A DNA stretch of 64,000 nucleotides from Felis catus. Its lineage: Eukaryota. Every line of letters begins with the position of its first letter. Within the stretch, counting starts at the first letter, position 1. Below are positions 1 to 12,475 of the stretch, one piece after another. Made by a program: the position numbers and the translations under genes. The notes beneath the pieces were generated by a model that was given only the letters and a program-made list of their open reading frames with translations, made no database searches and was not told where the DNA came from. The stretch spans positions 58,652,001-58,716,000 of the forward strand of contig NC_058384.1 of assembly GCF_018350175.1 (NCBI RefSeq), written 5' to 3'.

Positions 1-56
1 GATTGTGACCTGAGCCTAAGTCAGGCGCTTAACCTACTGAGCCACCCAGGAGCCCC
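1..56 (-). mobile_element. CanSINE (SINEC) 5' head, truncated by window edge
   Basis: Reverse complement of GGGGCTCCTGGGTGGCTCAGTAGGTTAAGCGCCTGAC..., the tRNA-Lys-derived head with A box. Confidence 0.9.
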
Positions 57-777
57 AACACTTCTCGATTTTTAATGTTTCCTTCCAAGTGGAGAGAACC
101 TCACTCTTGTAAAACTTCTGGTCTCTCTCTGTCAGTTGTATTTTTCTGTCCCAGTGAGGGAGAACTAAATTATGTGATTATTAAATTGGCAAAGAATAAA
201 CTAGACAAGCTAGCTATCTCCTCCCGTCGTTCCTTTTGGAAGGAAGAGTTCTCTGATTTTGTGTGTGTGCCAATTTTTGTCTTGGTAAGGCCTGCCCCAT
301 CTAGGTGGAATGCCTGTCAGTGGGGCTAGAGTTACACTACATAGTTACACTAAACCGTATCTTCCAGGAAAACGAGACAGGGAAATAGAGTTACATCTCA
401 GAAGATTATATGTAATATAGCAATAACAGAAAAGTCACCGGGAGGATAGGAAGACAGAGCTCCTTTCTGCATTCTAGAGTCATGTACTTTCATGCCAAAA
501 ATCATCATGAAACTGTCAACTCCGGAGAACCACGGCCAGACTAGGGCTAAGTCTGAAAGGTCTGTGCGTTTTAAGGAAGGACTAGTCCATCACTCAATCC
601 AGAGCACTCATGTTCCACAGAAGGAACAGAGACAACGTACCTTGAAGGTCAGTTACCGCCTGAGGCTGAGTGTCTCTTGGCTGGGGACATTTGGCTAATG
701 TTTTCTACTGTGGAATTGCCATAATAGGTACATAATTTCCACTAGCTACATACATTAGGGTAGAAATGTGTAGATTG

Positions 778-995
778 GGTGGGGGGGGGTTGCTGAGGGT
801 TGTTTTGTTTTTTGTTTCTTTAATTTCAGAGAGAGGGAGAGAGAGAGAGAGAGAGCATGAGTGGGGGAGAGGGGCAGAGTGGAGGGAGCTCAGCACAGAG
901 CAAGACACAGGGCTCAATCCCAAGACCCTGAGATCGTGCCCTGAGGCAAAATCAAGAGTGGGACACTCAACTGATTCAGCCACCCAGGTGCCCCC
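778..995 (-). mobile_element. Older CanSINE with 14-bp TSD
   Basis: SINE head at 995, (GA)n body, A-rich tail; TSD AAATGTGTAGATTG at 764-777 and 997-1010. Confidence 0.9.
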
Positions 996-1000
996 AAAAT

Positions 1001-1510
1001 GTGTAGATTGTCTGCATAATGGCCCCCAATAAATCATGTTTCCCTGTGTCCATGCCTCTTTCATCATGTTTGTCACTGTGCCCATCAAGAAATGGGGTCA
1101 TTTCTTTACCCTTTGAATTCGACCGAGCAACCTGCTTTGACCAACAGAACGCTGTAGAAATGATCTGTGTGATATTTGTGATGAGACTTCTGAGGACTTG
1201 CACATTGTTTTTACCCTCTTGGAATTCCCATCGCTAGCCCAAGATAGACTACTGCATGGTGAGAACCATCCAGAAAGAGAGTGAAGGTGACAACCAACAT
1301 CAAGGTTCCAGATGAGTGACCCATCTTAAACCCTTCAGGCCCAGTAAAGCTGCTAGGTGATTACAACCACATGGGTGACCCTACGTAAAACCAGAAGAAA
1401 AACCACTCAGCTGAGCTCAATGACCCAAAGAGTCATGAGAAATAATAAATCACTGTTTTAAGCCATTATAATTTGAGATATTCTGTAACACTGCAAAGGC
1501 TAACTGGCAG
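1001..1510 (+). mobile_element. MaLR solo LTR (MLT1 family, old)
   Basis: MLT1-type 3' end ...CAGCTGAGCTC...CATGAGAAATAATAAATCACTGTTTTAAGCCATT...GCTAACTGGCA with AATAAA. Confidence 0.75.
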
Positions 1511-1523
1511 AAGGAGTGTGTTT

Positions 1524-1628
1524 CCTAAGTTGGCTCAGTCGGTTGAGCATGTCTCTTGATTCTGGCTTGGGTCATGATGCTAGGGTTGCGGGATCAAGCC
1601 CCGTGTTGGGCTCTGTGCTGGGCTTGGG

Positions 1629-1686
<58 letters not shown>

Positions 1687-1720
1687 TCCCTTTTCTCTCT
1701 CTCTCTCCCTCTCAAAAAAA
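1524..1720 (+). mobile_element. CanSINE with expanded (CT)n tract
   Basis: TGGCTCAGTCGGTTGAGC head, GGATCAAGCCCC B-box region, long (CT)n at 1631-1712, degenerate TSD GGAGTGTG(TG)TTTC. Confidence 0.9.
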
Positions 1721-2594
1721 GGGGGGGAGTGTGTGTTTCTCTGTGGTTATAAAGGCTTTCTGCAGAATCTGTCCCTCTATCAAACCTGGAAGTTCAGTAT
1801 CTTGATCTTTAACCCCCAAGAAATGCCACAGACTTCCTCTTTTATCAGACAATTCCTTTTCTTCCCCTCACTTCCCTAGGCTCCTTTACTGGAAACCTAC
1901 TTAATTTTGCACCAAGAATTTTTAGGAGAAGCTACCGTTGACTAAGCTTATTTCCCTTTTTCACTGTCCTCTTAATTAAGGGCATAGCCCCTCTCTGAGA
2001 TTCATATTCCACCACCTAAAATCTCTTCTGTTTTTCCCATATAGTCCAAAGTAACTGAACTGCAATGGAAGAGGACATACATTTCTTGCAAGACGAAATG
2101 CATGTTTTTTAAACAAATTCTTATCTTGCCAATGGCATATGCCACTTTGGCTGTTCCTAGCTAGGCATGGGGGCTAAATATTCTTAATTAGAGACAGGCC
2201 AGCCTCAGAGGGATTTGACTCAGGTTCCAATTTGCAAATGGGACTTGTGTGTTTGGATGTGGATTTGGATTTAGATTGGACTGAAACTTTCCTTCACACA
2301 TTAACCTAAAGCTCTTTTTCTTAAACCCAGCCAAAATGTTGCTCTCCCTCTTACGCATGGGAGCACACACAGCAAAAAAAAACAAACTTTTCAAGTGTAG
2401 ATAAAGGGTCTGAATGATATCTCCCAACTGAAGGAAAATTGAAAATTCATATTTGGAATTACTCTGCCTTCCTAGAGCCTTAATAGAACCACACCCATGC
2501 TGTTCTATTTTGTGATGGCCAATGGTCCAACTATATTTTTATGGATTCATCGGATTATTTTGGAAGGCTTACAAACTGATATCAACTATTTGCT

Positions 2595-2990
2595 GTGTGT
2601 ATTGCCCATCTAATCCTTAAAACCATCAGAAGAGTAGAGGTATTGTCTCTATTTTGCAGATCAGATATATGAGGAGAGAGAGGTTAAGAAATTAACCATA
2701 TCATGCTGACACATTATGCTTGATCTTAGTCCCTTAAAAAGCAAACCGTGGCAAGACCAAGTAATAGGTAAAAAGTGCTTCTATCACAAATACTTATATA
2801 TTAACTACATTATTCTGAAATAAACCACAAATAATTATTAGCCCTACGTTACATAAATCACAACTGAGGCATGAATCCTAGAATCTTAGAGTTTAGAGAT
2901 CATCTGGTCCAATGCCTTTGTATCACATATAATGAGATTAAAGCTCAGGAAAAAAAAAAAGTGTGACTAGTTCAAGGTCAGACCAAGATC
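2595..2990 (-). mobile_element. MIR/MIR3 fragments
   Basis: Core motifs ATTTTGCAGAT...GAGAGAGGTTAAG and AGAGATCATCTGGTCCAA...AAGCTCAG...CAAGGTCA. Confidence 0.55.
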
Positions 2991-3513
2991 ACTGGAAAAC
3001 CTGGTTTAGAAGCAGTTGGGGTTTGCACATTAAGGCACATGGTGCACAGCAGTAAAGGGGGTTGTCCCTTGGAAAAGGTTGGCTTGATCCCCTGAGAGAT
3101 TTGCACTGAGAATGGCATGTATCTTGCTGAATACATGTTCATCCATGGCATGGCATCCCATCTTACAGATACGAGATTTATATTTATTTTTTAGCATAGG
3201 ATAGGGGATCTAGTTCTCAGGGATGGAACCGCATTAACCAAACCCACAGACTGAAATAACATAAACCAGAGTGTGGAGTACTTTATACCAAGAGATACCA
3301 TTATCCTTCCTCTGCCAAACACACTACACAAGAGTTAAAATATTAAAATATCTTTCTGAAAGACATAGCCAGGCTCAAAAGCAGGACAAATGTATCTGTG
3401 GGTGAAAAGTAGAAGAGAATACCCAGAGACAGGTGGAAGGGGATACCACCTACAGGTCTCCAAGACCAGAAACAGGCAGACGCAGCTGTGAGTCCATTGC
3501 TTCCAGTGTAACA

Positions 3514-3688
3514 CAGAGTTCCTCAACCTCAGCATCACTGACGTTCGAGGCTGGATAATTCTTGGGGCGATGGGGTCTTGTGCATTGTAGGATATATAGC
3601 AGCATTCCTGCTCTTCACTCCCCAAGAGCATCCTCCCTCTCCCAAAAATGTCCCTGATTGCCAAAATTTCCCCCACTTGAGAGCACTG
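3514..3688. mobile_element. MER20 (hAT-Charlie MITE)
   Basis: TIR-like ends CAGAGTTCCTCAA / TTGAGAGCACTG; internal GGCTGGATAATTCTT, GTGCATTGTAGGAT. Confidence 0.8.
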
Positions 3689-5444
3689 ACATCATCTAAA
3701 CACATGTTACAAATGGTGGGGCTCTAGAGCCAGACTCACTTTGTAAAACCACGTAGGGTATCCTCACTTAGGAACAGAAGCAACCAAACTGCCATCACTG
3801 TCTCTCTGGCCAGCTGTTGTCACATGCAACCAGGGACAGGAAGAACAGGGACAGTCACCTCACCGGAGACCTGGCCAAGTCTTCTGCTGGCACAAAGCAC
3901 TAGATCAGTGATTTTCTGAGGTCCCTGTGAGCCACTTATGCCTCCAGCTTTTATGAGGGCCCTTATGTCACCTTCATCTCCCATGGATTAACATCAATAA
4001 CTTTGACTCCAAATCCCAAATCTAATGCTCTCTGCACTATAGCATACTGCCTGAAGTCCACTCAGACATGATCTTAAGGCACAAACTATACTGTATTCAT
4101 CACATCAACAGCTCATATGAGAATCTAATACAAACTTGGTGTTGAATAAAACATTCAGTGAACACACGGACAAAGGGATGAATGGCCTAGTGTAAAGTGA
4201 GCCCCTGCTATGTACTAGGTTCTGAGCAAGGTTTGTTAGATCATGAGCACTGGCTTCATACAGACCTGGGTTTAGATCCCTGATATGCTTCTCACTGGCT
4301 GTGGAAACTTGGGACTGTTACTTAAATTAAATTGGGACTGTTACTACTTCCATTTCATTTGTAGTAAACGGGAATAACAAGGACCCTTCGCACATTACCT
4401 TACACACAGTAGGTTTTTCATTTTATTTTTCTTAACCACTAAAACATATAACGACCATTTGATTCTGACATCCTGTAAACTGAATCCTTCCATTAGCGCA
4501 TCTATTTCAGATATCGAAGGGAATCAGTGATTTGCCCAAGGGCACCGTGCTACCAGGGCTATCCTCGAAAGGAGCAGGATTCACACCTGACCGTTCGGAC
4601 TGGCTGCATCCGGGGATTTTCACCATCCTACCTCAGTTAAACTCCTAGAGTCATTTTTGAGGGAGCTAGAGATTGCCCTTGACTGGTAATCATTCGACTT
4701 AGGGCACTTTTTGTTTACTTTCTGAGAAACTTCCCCATAGTTATCCCATGTCTGGGAGGATGCAGAGACATCATCTCCTCCTTAGGCAGACATGATGCCT
4801 CTGAGCTCTACAGCCCAACTGACACCATCAGCAGGGGCCCCCAGCCTCCTAGAGCCAGGATTGGGAGGTGTGGTTTTATTCATTAAAGTCAGGGAGATTT
4901 TATTTCTTATTCGTGCAAAATTTTATTTTCATTTTCATAACAGAGTTTCTATTTTTTTTAAATGAAATTTGGAGTTAGTTTGGGATTTGGGATTCATGGC
5001 ACCCAGTCATTTGGATCAACTGAACGGGTCTAGGGCTAACTCCATCTAGCTCCCAGATTCAGGACGTCAGCTCCATTGGGACATTAGGAAGCTGGGTGGT
5101 TTTCATGTAGCCGTAAATTCCAGGACCACCGATGTGGATTTGAATGGCCAGGAAGAGTCAGGATTGAGCAATTGTTAGGATCTGGATTCTTGGCATTACA
5201 GTTTCAACACCCTAAATGAGAAAATGTCATTTCACCAAATAAAAAAAAAAGTAACCTAATAATGTTTACATCAAACACAACTCATCCACGATTCCTGGCA
5301 AGCTTTTTCATTGGCAAGAGAGCCTAACGATACAGAACTCCTTGGAGTGATGAATCTGCATTTCAGACTCTGCAATAATAAACACCTACGGAGAAACTCA
5401 TGCCCACGAAGGAGCCCATGATGCTGGCCTCAGCATTTCTTTCT

Positions 5445-5666
5445 TTCTTTCTTTTTTAATGTTTATTTTAGAGAGAGAGAGAGAGGGGGAGAGAGACTAA
5501 GCACAAGTGGGGTAAAGGCAGAGAGAGGGAGACCCAGAATCGGAAGCAGGCTCCAGGCTCTGAGCTGTCAGCACAAAGCCCGTCGCGGGACTTGAACCCA
5601 TGAACCGCAAGATCATGACCTGAGCTAAAGTCAGATGCTTAACCGACTGAGCCACCCAGGCCCCCC
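5445..5666 (-). mobile_element. CanSINE (feliform type) with TSD
   Basis: Full SINE; TSD AGCATTTCTTTCT at 5432 and 5671. Confidence 0.95.
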
Positions 5667-6493
5667 ACTTAGCATTTCTTTCTTAAGCCCACCACTTCTT
5701 CTGATCCAAAAGAAGCATGTAAGCCAAAGGCTCTGTTGTTTCTCTTTCCTAGGACAAAAGTTCCTTATGAATGTCCCCAGTACCATTCCCCATTGTGCTT
5801 CTTTTCTAAGACTTGCTGCCCTTCTCCCCACCTTTCCCAGATAATCAGAAGTGATGGAGCCAATGCTTATCTTCCCCAAACCTAGACTCTCCCCAGACTC
5901 GAACCTGCCAGGCCCAGTTCATCTTGCTGGGCCCGGCACTGCTACAGAGATACAAGAGAGAGCTGGCATGTAAGGCCTCGCAAACACGGCTTTTGGGGGG
6001 CCCTACTAACATGCATTGGAACAAACAAAGGCAGATGAACAATATCACCCAGCGGTGACGAGGGCAATCTCCTTCTGAAGACGTACGTTGCTTTTATAAG
6101 GGAAGCCAACTCAAATGTTTTTTTTCTGATTTGGGCTTTTCTGAATAACTCTGCACTCTGCACGCACTCAAGAGGTGACTCCTACATGGAGAACAATTTG
6201 ACAATATGTTTACAAGGCAATATACTGTAGTAATCACCGTTCTAGACTTCTTTGGGAGAATGTTTTACCTCTGCTGAGCACATAGGTGATGAGCTTTTCC
6301 CTTCGCCAAGACCTTGGTCTTTTGTCACTACCATTGCCTTTATCTGGGTTGGAATGGCCAAGTTCATGGCGGAGGAGATGAGGGGAGCCACTCAAATAGC
6401 CTTAGGCCTTAAACAGTAAAGTTCAACCTCCTTTCTCATAGCTGTGCTTTTCAGCAAAAGAAAACTCGAGTCTAAAATATTTCTGATGGAAGC

Positions 6494-7059
6494 CACAATA
6501 GACTGAAGTGTGCCCCCTCAAAATTCATATGTTGAAGCCCTGACCTCCAATGTGATGGTATTTAAAGACAATTAGGATTAGGGACACCTGGGTGGCTCAG
6601 TCAGTTAAGTGTCCAACTTGTGCTCAGGTTGTGTTCTCGCCGTTTGTGGGTTCGAGCCCCACACTGGGCTCTGTGCTGACAGCTCAGAGCCTGGAGCTTG
6701 TTTCCGATCCTGTGTCTCCTCCCTCTCTGTCTCCCTCTCAAAAATAAATAAACATTAAAAAAAATTTTTTTTTAAAGACAAGTAGGGTTGGATGAGGTCC
6801 TGAGGGCAGGGCCCCCTGACTGGATTTGTGCCCCTATAAGAAGAGGAAGAGACACCAGGGCTCTCTCTCTCTCCCTGCTATATGAGGGAACAGGGAGAAA
6901 GGGGCTGTCTACAAGCCAGGAAGAGAGGCCTCAACAGAAACCTAGCATGCCGGCACCTTGATCGTGGACTTTTAGCCTGCAGTACCAGGAGAAACAAATT
7001 TCTTCTGCTGAAGCCACCAGGCTATGGTACTGTTGCAGCATTCCAAGCAGACTGAGACA
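6494..7059 (+). mobile_element. MLT1A/B-type MaLR solo LTR interrupted by a CanSINE
   Basis: Starts AGACTGAAGTGTGCCCCCTCAAAATTCATATGTTGAAGCCCT, ends CAAGCAGACTGAGACA; TATA-like CCTATAAGA. Confidence 0.85.
6581..6770 (+). mobile_element. CanSINE inserted in MLT1 LTR
   Basis: Full SINE; TSD TTTAAAGACAA(T/G)TAGG(A/G)TT at 6561 and 6771. Confidence 0.95.
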
Positions 7060-7363
7060 GAAGCCAATGGAAATCATCACTGAAGCCAATGTCGTCTTGA
7101 TTTCCTAACCATAAAATTGCTCTGGAAAATCAGGGGGCTGGGGGTTGATAAAAAGAAAGGCTAAGCACCCTGAATTCTTTGGGGCCAACTGGTAGGCTCC
7201 AGCAGGCCCTGAGCCCAATGAACACTGCCCGTGAGAAGAGCTGCTCAGGGATGGGCAGGGGCGGGGGGCGGGTTCAGGGAAAATGATCAGGAGGGTGGCA
7301 CTTCAATTCCTTGTGAGCCACTGGACAAAACTGATCTTTTAAATGTACAAAAATACAAGCAGC

Positions 7364-7446
7364 GGGGTGCCTGGGTGGCTCAGTTGGTTAAGCGTCTGAC
7401 TCTTGATTTCAGCTCAAGTCATGATCTCATGGTTCAAAAATAAACA
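7364..7446 (+). mobile_element. CanSINE head fused to tail (internally deleted host of a nested cluster)
   Basis: GGGGTGCCTGGGTGGCTCAG...CATGGTTC joined directly to AAAAATAAACA; outer repeat AATACAAGC at 7352 and 7911. Confidence 0.8.
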
Positions 7447-7458
7447 TGAGAAAACGGC

Positions 7459-7655
7459 TTATTTATTTATTTTGAGAGAGAAAGAGAGAGAGAGAGCAGA
7501 GGAGGGGCAGAGAGAGAGGGAGAGAGAGAGAATCCCAAGTAAGCTCTGCACTATCAGCACAGGGCCCGATGCGGGACTCAAACTCACCATGAACCTCGAG
7601 ATCATGACCTGAGCAGAAGTTGGACGTTTAACCAAGTGAGCCCCCCAGGCACCCC
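7459..7655 (-). mobile_element. CanSINE
   Basis: Full antisense SINE; AAATAAACA at 7438 and 7656 as probable TSD. Confidence 0.92.
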
Positions 7656-7677
7656 AAATAAACACTTTCTGGTAAAC

Positions 7678-7879
7678 TTTTTAAATGTTTTATTTATTTC
7701 TGAGAGAAAGAGAGACAGAGCATGAGTGGGGGAGGGGCAGGAAAAGACAGAATCTGAAGCAGGCTCCAGGTTCGGAGCTGAGGGCACAGAGTCTGACACT
7801 GGGCTTGAACCCATGAACCGTGAGATCATGACCTGAGCTGAAGTTGGATGTTTAACCAACTGAGCCACCCAGGTGCCCC
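7678..7879 (-). mobile_element. CanSINE
   Basis: Full antisense SINE with head GGGGCACCTGGGTGGCTCAG. Confidence 0.92.
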
Positions 7880-8443
7880 AACATTTTTTTGAACATAAAC
7901 AAACAAACATAATACAAGCTAACATGTTAAAAACTCAGCTATCTCATGTTCTGCAGGAAGAACTTCATTTCCTGGGAATTGTTTTCCTGCGGTGGAGGGT
8001 TTGTTACATCCAGCAGGAGAAGTGGTTTTGTTTTATCAATAGGCTTTCGTGAGTCTCTTTTGTTGCAAGAAACAGAGAGCTACAGAGGCCACCTCAGGTA
8101 GTGGGGTTTACCGTAAGGCACAAAGAGCATGAAAGAAGGAAATCAACTTAGGGAAATGGAGAATGGATCCCCTCCTCCCTTGACAGTAGATTTTCCCTGA
8201 TTTCCCCATTGGGAGGATTCCACCCTCCCAACTACTTCTGTCCTGGCCTCCATGCACCATCCATCTCATGATTTAACCTGTCACCTGGCACGTCCTGGCT
8301 CCACCTCAATAAATATTTCAGAGTGAATGAATGAATGAGTGAATGAGTGAATTAAATGCTCACCCTTTCTATTCCTTACGATGTGGTTTTATTCACAGCT
8401 TCGGCTCTAGAGCCTATTTCGCCATCGTGCCTTTGTGATGTGC

Positions 8444-8445
<2 letters not shown>

Positions 8446-8485
<40 letters not shown>
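8446..8485. repeat. (TG)n microsatellite
   Basis: About 20 perfect GT units. Confidence 0.98.
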
Positions 8486-8488
<3 letters not shown>

Positions 8489-8751
8489 TTTAGATCCTTC
8501 GAATCTTTCTGTCTTCTACTTTCATCTAATTTTCCACATCAAATCCCAGAGACCCAGAGAGAGAAAACGATTGACCTAACAAATCATCATTATCACTGCT
8601 TCAGCGGAGATTTTTCACACCAGGTCACCCAGGTCTGGTCAGTTTTTTGGTTGGTTGGTTGGTTTTGTTTGGGTTTGTTTCCAGATGGTGGAGGAAGAAA
8701 CAATATCCTGGGGTTCAGAAGTTATCTACCCCTTATTGGGGCTGCTCCCCA

Positions 8752-8872
8752 CTAAGGTTTCAAGATTTGGCAGATAAAAATGCACGATGCAATATTTGGG
8801 ACATACTTACACTGCAAATCACTCACTGTTTATCTGAAACACAAATTTAACCAGCTGTTCGATATTTTTGTC
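8752..8872. mobile_element. MER53 (hAT MITE), internally deleted
   Basis: AGATTTGGCAGATAAAAATGCACGATGC followed by AATATTTGGGACATACTTA...TGTTTATCTGAAACACAAATTTAAC, matching the recalled MER53 left end and right arm. Confidence 0.75.
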
Positions 8873-9699
8873 TACTCTCCACCCAAGCAGTTTGACTGGG
8901 GCAGCTTCACAAAGATGAGATCACCGGGTGCCCTGAGTGGTGTGCCCAGCCCCCAGCCTTTAATGGAAATCTGTCTAAAATACATAGATGGTCACTGTTT
9001 GAACCGACAAAAGGCATTTCTTGATGATACGGGGTCACTGTTGTGTCAGTTTCCATTCTGTGTTCGAGGGATCCCCTGCACTGGAATTTCCACTCGGGGG
9101 CTGTTTTTCCTAGATATAAGCTAGCTATCTCCCGGCTGTCAGCTGTCACATCTTGCTGCTGGTGGTACGTCTGCCTCTTTTGCTTTCAAATTTATAGGGG
9201 CTTTTTTGGTAACTATTACACGCTTTAAACAAGAGTAGATAGAGACTCTGAGTGAGGGCGTTAGGAATTTTACGAGATTCTGTATTAATATAGCACTTCA
9301 CAATTTCAAAACTTGTGAGTTCTAATACTTGGATTTTATGGCGTTGGCTGTTCAGAAATATACTTGTTACATTTAGAGAAGGAAGAAAGCGCGTTTATTT
9401 ATTATTGCTGAGTGGTGTTCCAGATTCTCTGCGAGACGTGACACACAACTGGGCAGTGAGTTTCAGCTGCATGACATTGAGAAGGCTGAATTCCTAATAG
9501 AAGAGGCTATTACCCTATTTTTTAAATATATTATAACATTATGTAATCCTTGATTCCCCAGGCTGTTTCTGAGTGGGGAAAGACGACCAGGGTTAAAGAC
9601 ACCAATTAAATGCACAATTTTTTTTTTTTAAATTTCTGAGCTTCCATCATTGTAATTGCTGATACTTCAGAACTGCACCTTCCCAAGCTTCGCACAGGC

Positions 9700-10495
9700 T
9701 GCCCCTCCTGCTATAATCCCCCGTTCGATCTGGTAACACCATCACAGTTGTCCAAGCCGGAAACCTGAAGGTCCTGCCAGACTTCCCTTCTCCCTTCAAA
9801 TGAGTAAGTCCAGAAGCTAGCCAATTTTGCCCTCTGATTACATTAATCTTTTCATTCTTTCCATCCTTACTCACCTCTCCCTGTCCCTTTTTAAGTGTGC
9901 TGGGACTATGGAAATAGCCTCCTATTTCTTTTCCCTCCTTTAATCTCCTGTCTTCTGCCCCACAAATCAGTTGTTCACCCTGTCATTGGAATGTTCTCAC
10001 TACAATACAAACCCACCCAGGTCCCTGCTCTTCCTGTAATTCCCCACTGGCCGTGGGGGCCAGACCTTTCCAAACTTGTGGGCCTCATCCCTTGGCTAGT
10101 CTTCTGACCTTGAACTTTACACTCTGAAAACAGTTTGTAACCGTCTCCCCTACAGCACTATTTCACACCTCAGTAGCTTTGCTAATACTGTGTTCTCTGC
10201 CAGAAACACTCTTAGCAACTCTACTGCCTAGCCAGCTCCTACTAATGCCTTTCAAAACTCAATTCAATCATTCTCAGCTTCATCCTTTCCTGACCTAAAC
10301 CTCAAGCTGGGTGTGTGCTTCTCCTTTGTGTCCCTACAACATCCGGGGTATCTCTTTCTTCTTACACTGCACAACATCAATATTATTCATGCGAACTCAT
10401 CTTGAACTAGACTATCAGCCTCTTGAGGGTAAGGGTATTCCTCATTCACTCTGTCTTAAGTGCTTAAAACAGCACCTTTCACACAGGAGACAACG
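9700..10495 (+). mobile_element. L2 LINE 3' remnant
   Basis: CAGTTGTCCAAGCCGGAAACCTG, GACTATGGAAATAGCCTCCTA, AGACTATCAGCCTCTTGAGGGTAAGGG typical of L2. Confidence 0.65.
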
Positions 10496-10556
10496 AGGGC
10501 TGGTGGATCTGACTATGGAGCCTGGAATATCTAACATGTTCTTGAGGAGCCCTTGA

Positions 10557-10640
10557 GCTCCTCTCCTCCCCTCCCCTCCCCTCACCTCCCCCCCCCCTCT
10601 TCTCCTCTCCTCTCTTCTCCTCTCCTCCCCTCTTCTCTCC
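10557..10640. repeat. (CCTCT/CCCCT)n polypyrimidine tract
   Basis: About 80-bp near-pure C/T run. Confidence 0.9.
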
Positions 10641-11833
10641 ACATGGATCTCTGCTGCGCCCCTGCTGATATAATGATATAATGATAGGTCATTGCTTTTG
10701 CTCCTTGGATAGATAGAAGTGGATGGATGGATAAAGTCTCCTTCCCTTCATAGCGTTACATTTCTTACAAGGCCTCCAACCACAGAGGCTCTATATTTCT
10801 GTTTCTTATAGTCCCCGCTATATAGTAAAATTTATTTTGTTATCATCCCAAACTTAGAAAGTATTCTCCGAGTAATAACTTGAAGAATAACAATGTGAAT
10901 GTCATCCTCTGGTGCGTACAGAAAACCCTTGTCACCACTGATCAATGCTTGCTCCTTGTGGGTGCCCGTCCTGCCCAACATGAACAGAACTGACATGACA
11001 AAGCTCAGTTTTACCATCTTAAGTTATGCCAACACTCATACACTCATACACTATGTGTGAAGTTTGAACCTCACACTTCTGGGTCCCTCAATACCAGCAC
11101 CTTTAAAATGTCAACTATGGCTTTTCACTTAGAGCTCTGCTACTTTTTATGCAAATAAGATTTATGTAGACTTGTCTCTTAGGCAGCCCATCTTGTCTCC
11201 AGGGGATTGCCGCCCCCCAGCCCCACCCCATCTTCTGACCTCTCACACTTTTACTTAGAAATGGCCTCTTCTACTTGAATAAAGCAACCACCCCTTCAAG
11301 GGGGCTCAGAACCTCTCCTAACTATGAGGTTCCTAAGGCATTATTCCCAGCTCTGCTGACAGAATGTATCGATATTCTCAGTCATTGGTCGTTGGATTAT
11401 AAAATGACTTTAGAGCTTTGCATATAATCTGTGTTTTCCTCACTCATGGGCCATACAAATGCCTGAAGATCTTATATTCCACAGTGAAGTGTAGTTGTAT
11501 AAGCAAGCTCCCTGATCACTCTGGAAAGCAGAGTTTGAAAACTCACTTAATAACCCACAACTCCCTAAATGTATTCTTCAAGTTAAATGATTACTATGGC
11601 AATCCTATATAAGGTTTGGGTTTTGGTTTCACAATGCAGTCTTGAACATCTCACCCTTTGGTGAGTTTTCTCTTCTCACCCTTCTGTGCAACTCCCTTTT
11701 TCCTGGAGATAATGCATGTGACATTTATAAGAAATCATCTGTCTCTTCCTTCAAAGTAAGCCACAATGAAGTTCATGGCAGAGAGTTATTCATGGTTAGA
11801 TTAATTAGAAACTAAATTAAGGAGTCTAGAGTG

Positions 11834-12360
11834 GTCAGTTATCTATTAATGTGTAACAAACTACCTCAACACTTCGTGGCTATTTAATACGACAACCATT
11901 TTATTATGTCTCTCAATTTTGTGGGTCAGGAATTCGCACAGGGTTCAGCTGCATAATTCCTGTGTTCTTTATGGCATAAAGTGAGTACACTTGGGGGTTG
12001 CCTACCGGCAGATGAGCTGATCTGGAGAGTCAAAGGCAGCTTCATTCGCATGTCTGGCACCATGGCAAGGATGCCTGAAAGGCTACACTCAGTTGAGACA
12101 GCCAGTGCGAATACCTACAACTGGTCTTTCCAGAATGGTCATCCCACAAAATTTGGATTTCCTGTATGGCTGGCTTCCCACAGAGCACCTGCTCTGAAAG
12201 ACAGGAAGTAGAAGTTCACTGTCCCTTAGGGCAACACGATGTCACTTCCACCATTGCCGATTGGTCAAGCAGTCCCAGAGCTCACCTAGGAGAGGATGTA
12301 GACCTGACCTCTCAAGGAAAGAAACAGAAGAGAATTTGCAGCCATTTTTTAATGTACCTC
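11834..12360 (-). mobile_element. MLT1 (G/H-like) MaLR solo LTR
   Basis: TCAGTTATCTATT...TGTGTAACAAACTACCTCAACACTT...TGTGGGTCAGGAATTC...GTCACTTCCACCATT...ATTGGTCAAGCAG. Confidence 0.8.
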
Positions 12361-12475
12361 CCAGAGTGTCTCCTCAGAGATTGGCAGAGAGAACAGGACG
12401 TCATTCATTACCTCGGCAAATACTCATGGGGTGCCCACCTCTGAGCTCAGGATGATATACTGGGTTCTAGAGAAA

